DNA of 64,000 bases from Chitinophagaceae bacterium UBA1930. GTDB taxonomy: Bacteria > Bacteroidota > Bacteroidia > Chitinophagales > Chitinophagaceae. The stretch is taken from positions 1 through 64,000 of the forward strand of contig DDFK01000003.1 of the NCBI GenBank assembly GCA_002337145.1, in the 5' to 3' direction. The translations under genes were made by a program, and so were the position numbers. The notes under the pieces are model-generated. The model did no database searches, was not told the origin of the DNA, and worked only from the letters and a program-made list of their open reading frames with translations. This document shows, piece after piece, positions 51,291-61,317 of this stretch (position 1 is its first letter; every line of letters starts with the position of its first letter).

Positions 51291-51307
51291 ACTTTGAATT
51301 TCAAAGT
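51291..51307. promoter_or_regulatory. Palindromic operator ACTTTGAA-T-TTCAAAGT upstream of creD
   Basis: Perfect 8-bp inverted repeat with a 1-nt spacer, between the regulator gene stop and the creD start. Related copies at 52294-52308 and 52321-52335. Confidence 0.45.
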
Positions 51308-51323
51308 TTAAATACAAAAAAAA

Positions 51324-51623
51324 TTAACTGATAGATTTGATCATTTGCTCCAATGCATCCAAATGCTGTTTAAAGGCTTTTTCTCCAGCTTTGGTTACGG
51401 AGTAAGTGGTATTGGTTTTACGGCCGATAAAGCCCTTCTGTACTTTCAGGTAGCCGCTTTCTTCCAGCCCCTTTAAATGGCTGGCAAGGTTACCGTCTGT
51501 TGCTTGTATCAGTTCTTTCAATTCATTAAAATTTACTTCCGGGTTTACCATCAGGGCACTCATGATACCCAGGCGTACACGGCTGTCAAAAATTTTATTC
51601 AGATGCTCTATCGGGTTCTTCAT
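51324..51623 (-). CDS. Small winged-helix transcriptional regulator (PadR-like architecture)
   Basis: 99 aa. Has a helix-turn-helix (RLGIMSALMVNPEVNFNELKELIQ) followed by a beta-hairpin wing (LEESGYLKVQKGFIGRKTNTTYSVTKAGE). Confidence 0.65.
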   Translation of the reverse strand: MKNPIEHLNKIFDSRVRLGIMSALMVNPEVNFNELKELIQATDGNLASHLKGLEESGYLKVQKGFIGRKTNTTYSVTKAGEKAFKQHLDALEQMIKSIS

Positions 51624-51632
51624 TCCTTCTGT

Positions 51633-52286
51633 TTAATTTCTTTCATACTTCCACCACATCATTGCCCCATAAACAATATGCAGCAAACCAAAACCTGCTG
51701 CCCAAAAATATAAACCGTAACCAACAAACCAAAGATTAATAATACCCAGCATTATTTGCCCATAGCCAAGGTAACGGACCTCGCCAAACGTGTATTTGCT
51801 GGCGTTTACCAATGCAAGTCCGTAAAAAATCAAACAGCCCGGTGCTATCAGTCCATAAATGCCATGCTCTAACAGCTTTATTAAAAAGATGCCGCCCACA
51901 AAAAGTGGCATACAGAAATTGACCATTAACCGTTGTGAGCTTGGACCCCAAATAGGGGTGCCCGTTTTTTTGCTTCGCAGGTAAGTAAATACAAAGGAAA
52001 GTATGAATGCTGCCATGAAGGTACAGGCAGCTACCTGTATCAATGAGTTGCCCAATAACTCGGTTGTGGCAACAGATCTGCCACGGTAAGCATAAGCCGT
52101 ATCGGTGTAGCTCCGCCCCGCCTCAGCATGACCATTCAGGATATTACTTGCAAACCATGCACCTAGCAAGGCACAGCAGCCGGCAGCAATACCGCTTAAG
52201 CCACTCAGGCTAATGAAACGGCTGCTACGTTCCATCATTTTTTTGATGTCGTGTAAAGTGTCTAAGTGTTGGTTTTGGGTATTCAT
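51633..52286 (-). CDS. Membrane protein (5-6 transmembrane segments), first gene of the regulator-creD operon
   Basis: Hydrophobic helices. Start 8 nt downstream of two palindromic operator copies. Confidence 0.45.
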   Translation of the reverse strand: MNTQNQHLDTLHDIKKMMERSSRFISLSGLSGIAAGCCALLGAWFASNILNGHAEAGRSYTDTAYAYRGRSVATTELLGNSLIQVAACTFMAAFILSFVFTYLRSKKTGTPIWGPSSQRLMVNFCMPLFVGGIFLIKLLEHGIYGLIAPGCLIFYGLALVNASKYTFGEVRYLGYGQIMLGIINLWFVGYGLYFWAAGFGLLHIVYGAMMWWKYERN

Positions 52287-52293
52287 AAAAGCA

Positions 52294-52335
52294 CTTTGAA
52301 ATTCAAAGTAATGATAAGCATTTTGAATTTCAAAA
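52294..52335. promoter_or_regulatory. Two tandem palindromes, CTTTGAA-A-TTCAAAG and TTTTGAA-T-TTCAAAA
   Basis: Same half-site (TTTGAA-N-TTCAAA) as the site at 51291. Positioned at the operon promoter and 5' UTR. Confidence 0.45.
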
Positions 52336-52774
52336 TTTTTTCTGCACTATTTTTTTAAGTAGTGTAAAGCCCCGATACCCGAACAGTAACGTGCACCCAT
52401 TTGCATGAGGGATTGCAGTGGAAAGCCCGCAAAGCCAACCTGTTGGCTGCGTACTTGTAACGGAAAGCCCGACCCGCACATGCGGGGCAAGCCCAAAAGC
52501 TTTTTACTTATACAATGCACAACTTGTTGCTTGATGCAAATACCTTCAATTACATTTGAAAACACAACTATCACTTATTGTTTAAATGCAGTATTGCTAA
52601 TATTTTAAAGCTGCTGAGAGAGGCTTGAAAAAAAGAACCCCTCAATAGAAATTGTGGGGTGAATGAGAAAATCTACTGTACTCTGTTTGCTTTTGTTTGC
52701 TATGAACCTTAACTGTATTGCAAAGATGGTATTGGTATGTTACCAGAAAGTAAAACCAATGCAACCTTAATATT

Positions 52775-52807
52775 AAATAGAAAAGCCGCTAATACATATT
52801 AGCGGCT
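52775..52807 (-). terminator. Rho-independent terminator of the TonB-dependent receptor gene
   Basis: agccgctaat-a-cat-attagcggct hairpin, followed on the minus strand by tttctattt. Confidence 0.55.
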
Positions 52808-52833
52808 CTCTGTTATCCATCTTATTTCAAGCA

Positions 52834-55800
52834 TTAGAATGTGTACCTTAAACCAGCCTGCATTTGCCAACGAGAACTGAAGTAATCGATCTGGTAAGGA
52901 TTACCTGGATCGCTCCAAGTATATTTAGGATTCGCTGTTGCAGAAGGGGCAACTGTTCTTGTTAAACCAAGTGATGCTGTAGAATTGAAAGTATTTGGTG
53001 AGAAATACTGGTAACCCCAGCTTTTGCTTAACAAGTTGGTCAGGTTCACGATATCGTAGGTAAAGGTGATTGTATGTGTTCTGCTACCTGCTTTAATGTT
53101 AAAGTCGTGAGCCAAGCGGAAATCCATTTGGTTGTTCCAAGGTGTACGGCCGCCATTACGTTCTGTAAACTGTCCCCTGCGTGTGCTCAGGTATTTGTCT
53201 TTGTCTATGAAAGCGTCAAACGCTGCAGCCTGTGTTGCATCAGGAACAAAAGTGGTAGTTTCTGCTTTTGTAGGAATGTACACCAAAGACTGTGTTTGAC
53301 CAGTACCATTGTTGGTTGTGTTAACCAAGCCATAGGTAAACGGAGCACCAGAAGCTGCATTAAAGAATATGGTAAAGTTGGTAATGTTTTTACCGTTTTT
53401 CTTCCAGTCTAACTTGTAGTTCACAGTAGAAACGATCCTGTGCCTTACATCAAAGTTAGAATAGGCAAGACCTGGATTGTTTGGAGACAATGCCTGGTTT
53501 AACTGCCAGTTAGACTCCATTGAGTTACGGATACCATTGGTGATGTCTTTAGACTGGCCATAGGTATAAGCCACCATAAAGTTCAAACCAAAAGCATAAG
53601 ACTTGCTCACTTGGCCAGTAACACTGTACCTGTAACCTTGTGTAGTGTTGGATAGCAAGTAAGCATTGGTGTACAATGAATTTATTTTAGCACCAGAGTA
53701 AATAGGCTGTTGCTTTTTTACATCGTAAGGAGCATATACTGGGTTGTCAATATAGTTGATCTGTTGGAATTTCAAATCGTAGATTACTTTGGTATAGATA
53801 CCTTCTATTGAAAGTTTCCATTTGTCTTTGGTTATGTATTCAACAGCCAGGCTGCTTCTCCATGCCTGTGGCATTTTAAAGTTGTTATCAATCAAATCCA
53901 CCTGTGTTGCACCAGAAGCATCGTTCACATTTACACCTTGGTTCTTTACAAAGTTTGCTTCGCCGATATTGCCAGTGATAGCGTCCTTGATAGGATCTGT
54001 TCCGGCAACAATTGGGCTTGGTCCGCTTTGTATGTTGTTCTTATCATACGCACCATAAGTAACACCATTGTTGTAGTAAGCATAACCTAACCATGCAAAA
54101 GGAATACGTCCTGTAAATACACCTGTACCACCTCGTATAACAATTGACTGGTCGCCTTTAACATCGTAGTTAAACCCGATTCTTGGAGATACCTGGATCT
54201 TACCTAAGAAATTGTTCTTGATGTCTTTTGGCAAAGTATATGTGTAAGTTGTTCCGTAGTTAGGATCAACCGGTGCATTGGTTGTTTTAGCTGCACTCAA
54301 AGGTTGTTTTGTAGGCATATCGGCCAGGTCAAAACGGATACCTGGTGTCAATTTCAACTTGCCCAGTTTAATTTCATCCTGTCCATATACACTGTACATA
54401 TTCACATTGAACTTAGCAGGAGGATTTGCCATGATGCCATCCCTGGTATTGTCGCCATAGCTATAGTTTGTTCTAACCCTTTGTGGTTTGTTGTCTACAA
54501 ACTCTGCAATGCTTCTGTAAGCAACACGGCCGTTCCAGGAGTTCACAAAACCATAAGTAATATCATACAGTTCGTTGTGTGTTCCCAAAGTGATGGTGTT
54601 GATACCTTTATGGATGGTAACATTGTCTGTTATCTCGAATGTTTTTTGTTTCATGTTAAACACACTCGCCTCACGGTCTGTTCCCAAGAAAATGGTCTTA
54701 CCGCTTCCGTTAGTGATTTCAATTTGAGGAAGTGCAGGGTTAGAGATCGGGTCCCTGTAATCTTTGATATCAGAGTAACCTAAGATAAAGCTATTAGAAA
54801 CCCTGTTGCTGAATTTTGATTTAAGTTCCGCAACAGTAGATGATTGTTTGTTTACTTGTTTAAAGTCGATGCTACCAAAACGGAAGTTGGCACCGTCACG
54901 TTCAAGGTTGGTTGCTTCAGAGTTAACAATATTGTTCCTGATAGACAACTGGTGTTTATTGCTGATGTTGAAATCTACACGGTTAAATAATTTGAACGAT
55001 TTAGAGTAGATAGAAGTATTGCCATAAGCACCGGCACTAACACCATATTTTGTCCTCATCAAAGAGTCAATGGTATAAGCCTGTGCAGCAGTAATAACTG
55101 TATTGTCAGAAGAACCGGCACCCAAGATAACCGGGTCAACCCTGCGTGTAATTTCTGCATTGGTAAATAAAAACAATTTGTCTTTTATGATCGGCAACCC
55201 AAAACGCAAACCGGTTTGATAGTCAGAAAAGTCGGTTGGTATTTTTGTTTTGTCACCGGCATTGTTTGGTCCAACCATAAATGCACCACGGCCAAAACCA
55301 TATACCGATCCATGAAATTCGTTGGTACCGCTGCGTGTAACAGCGTTGATGCTACCGCCCAAAAAGTTACCGATTTTTACATCGTAAGGGGCTAGGTAAA
55401 CTTGTATGTCTTGAATGGCATCCAAAGAAACGGAGTTTGAACGGGTGCTGCTTCCTGGCTGGCCAGAAGAGTTTGTTTGGCCACCCAATGAAGGGCTAAA
55501 ACCAATGGCATCGTTATTAATGGCACCATCTAAGGTTACGTTGTTGTAACGGAAATTGGTTCCCGCAAAAGAGTTGTTGTTGCTTTGTGGTGTTAACCTG
55601 GTAACATCCTGTATGCTTCTGCTGATAGTAGGCAGGTTCTTTATTTGATACTGTCCAACCGTAGTTGCAGCACCGGTTTTTACCGAACCTTTCTTGGTGC
55701 TTACAGAAACTTCCTGCAAGGTTGTGGACTGTTCGCCCAATTTAAAATTCAGGTTATTGGTACCTAATGAAAGCGTGAAATCTGTTTTCTTTTCAGTTGC

Positions 55801-56055
55801 ACGCCCAACATAGGATACGGTAATAGTATATGGACCACCTGGCTGCAGGTTTGAAACATAGAAAGAGCCCTTGCCGCTACTTTGTACGGTTGTAGTGTAA
55901 CCGGTAGGTTCAAATTTCAACACAATGGTAGCCCCATCAATAGCTGCCCCCTTGCCATCTGTAACTGTTCCACTCAATGTAGCTGTTGTTTCCTGGGCAA
56001 AAGCAGATGCAAAGCCCATGCACAAAAGCATTAATAAAAATACGGTCCTTTTCAT
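52834..56055 (-). CDS. TonB-dependent outer-membrane receptor with an N-terminal carboxypeptidase-regulatory-like domain
   Basis: Signal peptide. N-terminal TLSGTVTDGKGAAIDGATIVL (CarbopepD_reg-like). Plug and barrel regions with a TonB-box-like segment. C-terminal LRYTF ending in Phe. Confidence 0.85.
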   Translation of the reverse strand: MKRTVFLLMLLCMGFASAFAQETTATLSGTVTDGKGAAIDGATIVLKFEPTGYTTTVQSSGKGSFYVSNLQPGGPYTITVSYVGRATEKKTDFTLSLGTNNLNFKLGEQSTTLQEVSVSTKKGSVKTGAATTVGQYQIKNLPTISRSIQDVTRLTPQSNNNSFAGTNFRYNNVTLDGAINNDAIGFSPSLGGQTNSSGQPGSSTRSNSVSLDAIQDIQVYLAPYDVKIGNFLGGSINAVTRSGTNEFHGSVYGFGRGAFMVGPNNAGDKTKIPTDFSDYQTGLRFGLPIIKDKLFLFTNAEITRRVDPVILGAGSSDNTVITAAQAYTIDSLMRTKYGVSAGAYGNTSIYSKSFKLFNRVDFNISNKHQLSIRNNIVNSEATNLERDGANFRFGSIDFKQVNKQSSTVAELKSKFSNRVSNSFILGYSDIKDYRDPISNPALPQIEITNGSGKTIFLGTDREASVFNMKQKTFEITDNVTIHKGINTITLGTHNELYDITYGFVNSWNGRVAYRSIAEFVDNKPQRVRTNYSYGDNTRDGIMANPPAKFNVNMYSVYGQDEIKLGKLKLTPGIRFDLADMPTKQPLSAAKTTNAPVDPNYGTTYTYTLPKDIKNNFLGKIQVSPRIGFNYDVKGDQSIVIRGGTGVFTGRIPFAWLGYAYYNNGVTYGAYDKNNIQSGPSPIVAGTDPIKDAITGNIGEANFVKNQGVNVNDASGATQVDLIDNNFKMPQAWRSSLAVEYITKDKWKLSIEGIYTKVIYDLKFQQINYIDNPVYAPYDVKKQQPIYSGAKINSLYTNAYLLSNTTQGYRYSVTGQVSKSYAFGLNFMVAYTYGQSKDITNGIRNSMESNWQLNQALSPNNPGLAYSNFDVRHRIVSTVNYKLDWKKNGKNITNFTIFFNAASGAPFTYGLVNTTNNGTGQTQSLVYIPTKAETTTFVPDATQAAAFDAFIDKDKYLSTRRGQFTERNGGRTPWNNQMDFRLAHDFNIKAGSRTHTITFTYDIVNLTNLLSKSWGYQYFSPNTFNSTASLGLTRTVAPSATANPKYTWSDPGNPYQIDYFSSRWQMQAGLRYTF

Positions 56056-56230
56056 GTTGTTAAAATTTATGCAAAAGAACCTCTCCCATATTATGGAATT
56101 GTTAACGACATATTACCTGCCTGTTAACCTTTTTCTACTAGTAAAAAGCCCAATATTATCTTATTATTAATTCTAGTTGTTACATAAGGTATCCATTTCA
56201 TACCTTTACTTTTGCCAAAACTTATAGTAC

Positions 56231-56878
56231 ATGGGTATCAATACCATCGGCAAGCTTTTCATGCCAAAAAACAAAGTGTTTTACGAACTATTTGAAGATG
56301 TGGCACAACGTGCCCATGAAATGGGCGTTAAGTTAAAGGAACTGGTAAACGAGCCCGATGCAGACAGAAGGGCAAATATACTTTCTGTAATTGAGGACCT
56401 GGAACATAAGAACGACGATACCACCCACCAGATATTTACGGAACTGGGCAGGAACTTCATCACACCTTTTGACCGTGAAGACATCCACTACCTGGCTTCT
56501 GCACTGGACGATATTGCAGACTACATTTTTGCCTCTTCTAAAAAGATCAATTTTTACAAGGTAAACCCCAACGATAGCGGCATACAGAAAATGGCCGACC
56601 TTATCCTATCTGGAACAATAGAAATAGAGAAAGCTGTATTTGGTTTAAGGGACATGAAGAAGCTTCGTGAAATGACAGAAGCCCTTGTAAAAGTAAACAG
56701 CATAGAAAATCAGGCCGATGATGTTTTTGACATGAGCATCGAAATGTTGTTCAATCAGGAAAATGACTTCAAGGAAGTAATCAAGAAACGTGAGATCTAT
56801 CAGGTATTGGAAATTGCTACCGATAAATGCGAAGATGCTGCCAATGTAATAGAAAGCATCATTATTAAATATGCGTAA
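56231..56878 (+). CDS. DUF47 / PhoU-like phosphate-transport regulator (YkaA family)
   Basis: 215-aa all-helical protein immediately upstream of a PiT transporter. Contains the F..FE.....A motif and an E/D-rich segment typical of TIGR00153 proteins. Confidence 0.75.
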   Translation: MGINTIGKLFMPKNKVFYELFEDVAQRAHEMGVKLKELVNEPDADRRANILSVIEDLEHKNDDTTHQIFTELGRNFITPFDREDIHYLASALDDIADYIFASSKKINFYKVNPNDSGIQKMADLILSGTIEIEKAVFGLRDMKKLREMTEALVKVNSIENQADDVFDMSIEMLFNQENDFKEVIKKREIYQVLEIATDKCEDAANVIESIIIKYA

Positions 56879-56938
56879 GGAACCGTGATGCGGCAACTGT
56901 AACCGCAAACTCACAAGGATTCACGACAAACAAACATT

Positions 56939-57985
56939 ATGAATTTCCCAGCACTGCTTATTATTATCATTGTACTGGCTTTTATATTTGATTATATCAA
57001 TGGTTTTCACGACTCGGCCAACTCTATAGCAACCATTGTTTCCACCAAAGTGCTTACACCGTTTCAGGCGGTTATATGGGCAGCATTTTTTAACTTTCTT
57101 GCATTTTTTATTGCCAAATATGTATTTAAAGAATTTGGTATTGGCGACACGGTTGCCAAATGGGTTAACCGCGACTTCATTACGCTACATGTAATACTTG
57201 CGGGCCTTTTGGCGGCCATTGCCTGGAACCTGATTACCTGGTGGTTCGGTATCCCATCCAGCTCATCGCACACCTTAATGGGCGGGTTTGTTGGTGCGGC
57301 CATAGCACATGCCCATGGCCTGTCGCAACACGGTACCGATGTAATTAACTATGCCAAGGTTGTTCCTACTTTCCTGTTCATTTTCATTGCACCATTTATA
57401 GGTATGTTTATCGCATTCTTCATCACCATTGGCATTGTGCACCTATGCAAAAAATCAAACCCGTACAAGGCAGAAGGCATGTTCAAGAAACTGCAACTGC
57501 TATCTGCTGCTGCATTCAGTTTAGGACATGGCAGTAACGATGCACAGAAAGTAATGGGTATTGTTGGTGCGGCCATTATCTTTTATGAAAAAGGCCAGGG
57601 ACGTATCATAGACTTTAACCAATTTGTTGCACTGTACCCCTGGGTTCCGTTTGTGAGCTTTTTGGCAATTGGCCTAGGTACCCTAAGTGGTGGCTGGAAG
57701 ATTGTAAAAACCATGGGTACAAAAATTACCAAGGTTACCCCGCTGGAAGGTGTTGCCGCAGAAACTGCCGGTGCCATTACCTTGTTTTTGACCGAGCATT
57801 TCAAGATACCCGTTTCAACCACGCATACTATTACTGGTTCCATTATAGGTGTAGGTGCAACAAAAAGATTGAGTGCCGTTCGTTGGGGCGTAACTGTAAA
57901 CCTGCTTTGGGCATGGATATTGACCATTCCTGTTTCGGCATTAATGGCTACTGGTTTTTACTACTTAATAAAACTGTTCTTCTAA
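56939..57985 (+). CDS. pitA: Inorganic phosphate transporter, PiT family
   Basis: Two PHO4 signature repeats (GFHDSANSIAT and GHGSNDAQK). About 10 transmembrane segments. Confidence 0.9.
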   Translation: MNFPALLIIIIVLAFIFDYINGFHDSANSIATIVSTKVLTPFQAVIWAAFFNFLAFFIAKYVFKEFGIGDTVAKWVNRDFITLHVILAGLLAAIAWNLITWWFGIPSSSSHTLMGGFVGAAIAHAHGLSQHGTDVINYAKVVPTFLFIFIAPFIGMFIAFFITIGIVHLCKKSNPYKAEGMFKKLQLLSAAAFSLGHGSNDAQKVMGIVGAAIIFYEKGQGRIIDFNQFVALYPWVPFVSFLAIGLGTLSGGWKIVKTMGTKITKVTPLEGVAAETAGAITLFLTEHFKIPVSTTHTITGSIIGVGATKRLSAVRWGVTVNLLWAWILTIPVSALMATGFYYLIKLFF

Positions 57986-58135
57986 GGTACCGGTAGTTGC
58001 TTCCGTTTCAATTATTACTGTCCTATTTGTCCAGGTCAAGTCAGTTGGCTGTGCACAATTGCTATTGAATAAAAGGTTCCATAAAATACCATCTTTGGCA
58101 TTTAGGCTTTACCTTGCCTGCAATAAAATTTACCT

Positions 58136-59188
58136 ATGCCTACGATCTTAGTAACTGGCGGCTGTGGCTATATAGGCTCGCACACGATTGTGGACCTGAT
58201 TGAAAACGGCTTCGATATCATTTCAATAGACGATAATTCACGCTCTACAGAATATGCATTAACCGGTATTGAAAAAATTACCAGGAAGCGAATCAAGAAT
58301 TACAAAGTTGACCTTAAAAATTTTGATGAGACACGTGCCGTTTTTCAGGAAAACCTGGGCATAGTGGGCATTATACATTTTGCTGCATACAAAGCTGTTG
58401 GCGAAAGTGTGGAGCAGCCGTTAAGCTATTACGAGAACAACATGTTCTCCTTGGTAAACCTGTTAAAATGTGTAAAGGAATTTAGCGTACCACATTTTGT
58501 GTTCTCCTCTTCCTGTACGGTTTATGGCAGTCCCGATATTATTCCCGTTACGGAACAGTCGCCCATTAAGGAAGCCGAAAGCCCTTATGGAGCCACCAAA
58601 CAAATAGGCGAACGCATTTTACAGGACTTTACCAAAGTACAAAGCACATCTGCCATACTGCTCCGTTATTTTAACCCGGTTGGTGCACATCCCACCGCCC
58701 ATATTGGCGAACTGCCTTTAGGCAAACCACAGAACCTGGTACCAGCCATTACGCAAACTGCCATTGGTAAGCTACCCAAGATGTTTGTGTATGGAACCGA
58801 TTACGATACAAGGGATGGTAGCTGCGTACGCGACTATATTCATGTTTGCGATATTGCCCATGCCCATACCCTTGCCCTACAATATTTGATTGACAAAAAA
58901 AATGCAACCAAATGCGACGTGTTTAACCTGGGCACAGGCAATGGAGTAACCGTACTGGAAGCCATTAAAACCTTTGAAACGGTTAGCGGCATAAAACTGA
59001 ATTATGAAACAGCAAAACGCCGGCCGGGAGATGTAATGGCTATTTACGCCAATAACGATTTTGCCGTTAAGGCATTGGGCTGGGAAATCTTATACGATAT
59101 AAAAGAAATGATGCGTACCGCCTGGACCTGGGAGCAAAAACTTAAGCAAGAAGAAGACCTTGCAAAGCAAAAGGCATTGTTGAATTAG
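58136..59188 (+). CDS. galE: UDP-glucose 4-epimerase
   Basis: TGGCGYIGSH Rossmann motif. Catalytic SSSCTVYG...YGATK (YxxxK). 350 aa. Confidence 0.9.
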   Translation: MPTILVTGGCGYIGSHTIVDLIENGFDIISIDDNSRSTEYALTGIEKITRKRIKNYKVDLKNFDETRAVFQENLGIVGIIHFAAYKAVGESVEQPLSYYENNMFSLVNLLKCVKEFSVPHFVFSSSCTVYGSPDIIPVTEQSPIKEAESPYGATKQIGERILQDFTKVQSTSAILLRYFNPVGAHPTAHIGELPLGKPQNLVPAITQTAIGKLPKMFVYGTDYDTRDGSCVRDYIHVCDIAHAHTLALQYLIDKKNATKCDVFNLGTGNGVTVLEAIKTFETVSGIKLNYETAKRRPGDVMAIYANNDFAVKALGWEILYDIKEMMRTAWTWEQKLKQEEDLAKQKALLN

Positions 59189-59292
59189 TGGCCTTACATA
59201 AGGCGATACCATACTAAGGAAACAGCCATTGTCTTAAAGAATAATCTTTAAAACAATGGCTGTTTTGTTTAGCAAACCTTGAACGCGGGTGG

Positions 59293-60003
59293 CTATTGCA
59301 AAGAATTGTAATAGTTAAACACGTATATAAGATCGTCTTCTTGCTTGCATTTTAATTCATTGGTGGCAATAAAGGCTTCTATCTGACTTTTCTTGTCTGC
59401 TAGTACATTTAGTACAGCCTCTTTACCCTTGCCCAGTTTAACCATTTTGTTGCCTGGAAGGTTGGCATACAATGTTTCAGTAGTTTTAAAAACACGTGTC
59501 GATATATTGGAATTATAGGGCGTATTATCGCTATAAGTAACAACCCTGTGTTTTAACAATTTTACCTTGCCTGAATCCAGTACCTGGTAAAAAGTCTGAT
59601 CAGTTTGCTTATCAATAGCAGCAAAGCCTGCCTGAAATGCAGTACCTGCACCTCCCACACCTTCTGTACAACTGGAGAACTCGATTTTTTCAACAGGCAT
59701 ATTTACCACCAATTCTGTAGAATCGTCGCCCATATAGTAAATCAGGTTGTCAATTAAACCCAGCCTTACCTTGCTTTTTCCAAACTTCTGGCCATTTACG
59801 GTTTTGATACTTGCAGAGCAGTATTCATAAGGAAAAAATGGCGACCCTTCCATTTTCAAGCCGGACTTATTCAAAAACTGGTCCCCTTGACCGTTCCTTA
59901 CAAAAACAGCCTCCTTCTGGTTAGAGACTGACTGTGCGTTGCCTGAATTTGTATTGCCCAGCAATACAATAAATAGGAGCAGAAAGAAATTTTGCTTTTT
60001 CAT
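59293..60003 (-). CDS. Hypothetical secreted protein or lipoprotein
   Basis: Signal peptide MKKQNFFLLLFIVLLGNTNSGNA; no recognised motif. Confidence 0.4.
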   Translation of the reverse strand: MKKQNFFLLLFIVLLGNTNSGNAQSVSNQKEAVFVRNGQGDQFLNKSGLKMEGSPFFPYEYCSASIKTVNGQKFGKSKVRLGLIDNLIYYMGDDSTELVVNMPVEKIEFSSCTEGVGGAGTAFQAGFAAIDKQTDQTFYQVLDSGKVKLLKHRVVTYSDNTPYNSNISTRVFKTTETLYANLPGNKMVKLGKGKEAVLNVLADKKSQIEAFIATNELKCKQEDDLIYVFNYYNSLQ

Positions 60004-60024
60004 GTTTACAGCGTTTGTGCTAAG

Positions 60025-61089
60025 TTAAGACTGATTCGCCATTTTCTCTGTATTTTCTGCCATTTGCAATGCCTCTATAAATTCATCAATTTCTCCATTG
60101 ATTACTGCATCCAGGTTATACGAGGTAAGTCCTATCCTATGGTCTGTTACCCTGCCCTGTGGCCAGTTATAGGTTCTTATCTTGGCACTTCTATCACCTG
60201 TGCTTACCAAGGTTTTACGCTGGCGGGAAATTTCGTCCTCATACTTACGCACTTCTTCTTCGTACAGCTTTGTACGCAACATCACCATCGCCTTTTCACG
60301 GTTGGCCAACTGGCTCCTTTCTGTTTGGCAAACCACCACTACACCTGTGGGTATATGCGTCAGGAAAACCTTTGTTTCCACCTTGTTCACGTTCTGCCCA
60401 CCAGCACCACCGCTTCGGGCCGTTTCCATTTTAACATCGCTTTCCTTCAATTCAAAATCCACCTCTTCTGCTTCTGGCATTACGGCTACTGTGGCAGCAC
60501 TGGTATGCACACGGCCTTGTGTTTCGGTATTAGGTACACGTTGCACACGGTGCACGCCACTTTCAAATTTCAGGGTACCATATACATCCTCGCCACTTAC
60601 TTCCACAATCACTTCTTTGTAGCCACCTACTGTTCCTTCACTCTCGCTTACCACAGCCGTCTTCCAGCCTTTTTTGCTACAGTAGCGTAAGTACATACCC
60701 AACAGGTCGCCTGCAAACAGGCTGGCCTCATCGCCGCCAGTACCGGCACGTATTTCAAGAATTGCATTCTTGTCATCCTGCGGGTCTTTGGGAATGAGCA
60801 ATTGTGTCAACTGCTTCTCCAGTTCCATTTTCTTTTCTTCCAAAGCAGGCAGTTCCATTTTTGCCAGTTCCTTCATGTCCTCATCATTGCCTGCAATGCT
60901 TTCTTTGGCAAAATCGTAATCGCCCAGTACACGCAGGTATTGCTGGTAGGGCTGCACAATTTTTTCCAGTTGCCTATATTCCTTGCTGTAAGCACCAAAT
61001 TCTTTCTGGTTGTTGATGATCTCGGGGTTCGTGAGGGCAACGCCTACCTGGTCGAACCTGGCCTTGATACTTTCCAATTTATCCAACAT
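60025..61089 (-). CDS. prfA: Peptide chain release factor 1
   Basis: GGQ motif ([11 protein letters not shown]). Domain 2 carries PNT at the position of the PxT tripeptide ([13 protein letters not shown]). N-terminus [13 protein letters not shown]. Start set at the MLDK methionine. Confidence 0.85.
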   Translation of the reverse strand: MLDKLESIKARFDQVGVALTNPEIINNQKEFGAYSKEYRQLEKIVQPYQQYLRVLGDYDFAKESIAGNDEDMKELAKMELPALEEKKMELEKQLTQLLIPKDPQDDKNAILEIRAGTGGDEASLFAGDLLGMYLRYCSKKGWKTAVVSESEGTVGGYKEVIVEVSGEDVYGTLKFESGVHRVQRVPNTETQGRVHTSAATVAVMPEAEEVDFELKESDVKMETARSGGAGGQNVNKVETKVFLTHIPTGVVVVCQTERSQLANREKAMVMLRTKLYEEEVRKYEDEISRQRKTLVSTGDRSAKIRTYNWPQGRVTDHRIGLTSYNLDAVINGEIDEFIEALQMAENTEKMANQS

Positions 61090-61317
61090 AAACACAAATT
61101 TTACAAGGCTGCAAAAGTAAAGGTTTGGGTGCAATGAAGGGAGGCCAATGTGGTTGTTGCATAACAAGGTGGTAAAAGCCCGGCCATGCCCAGTACATTG
61201 ATAGGTGCGTCCCCATAGCTACCGGCACCAGTAAAACCCATTTGAAAACACATTGCCCGCAACCAAATAAAAGCATACAACAATATTGCCTATTTTCATT
61301 GTCCATAACCAGTTACC

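Noticed and set aside
60159-61137. Several 90-230-aa ORFs on the plus strand overlapping prfA
   Set aside because: These are antisense to a highly conserved release-factor gene, and their translations are proline/serine-rich junk.
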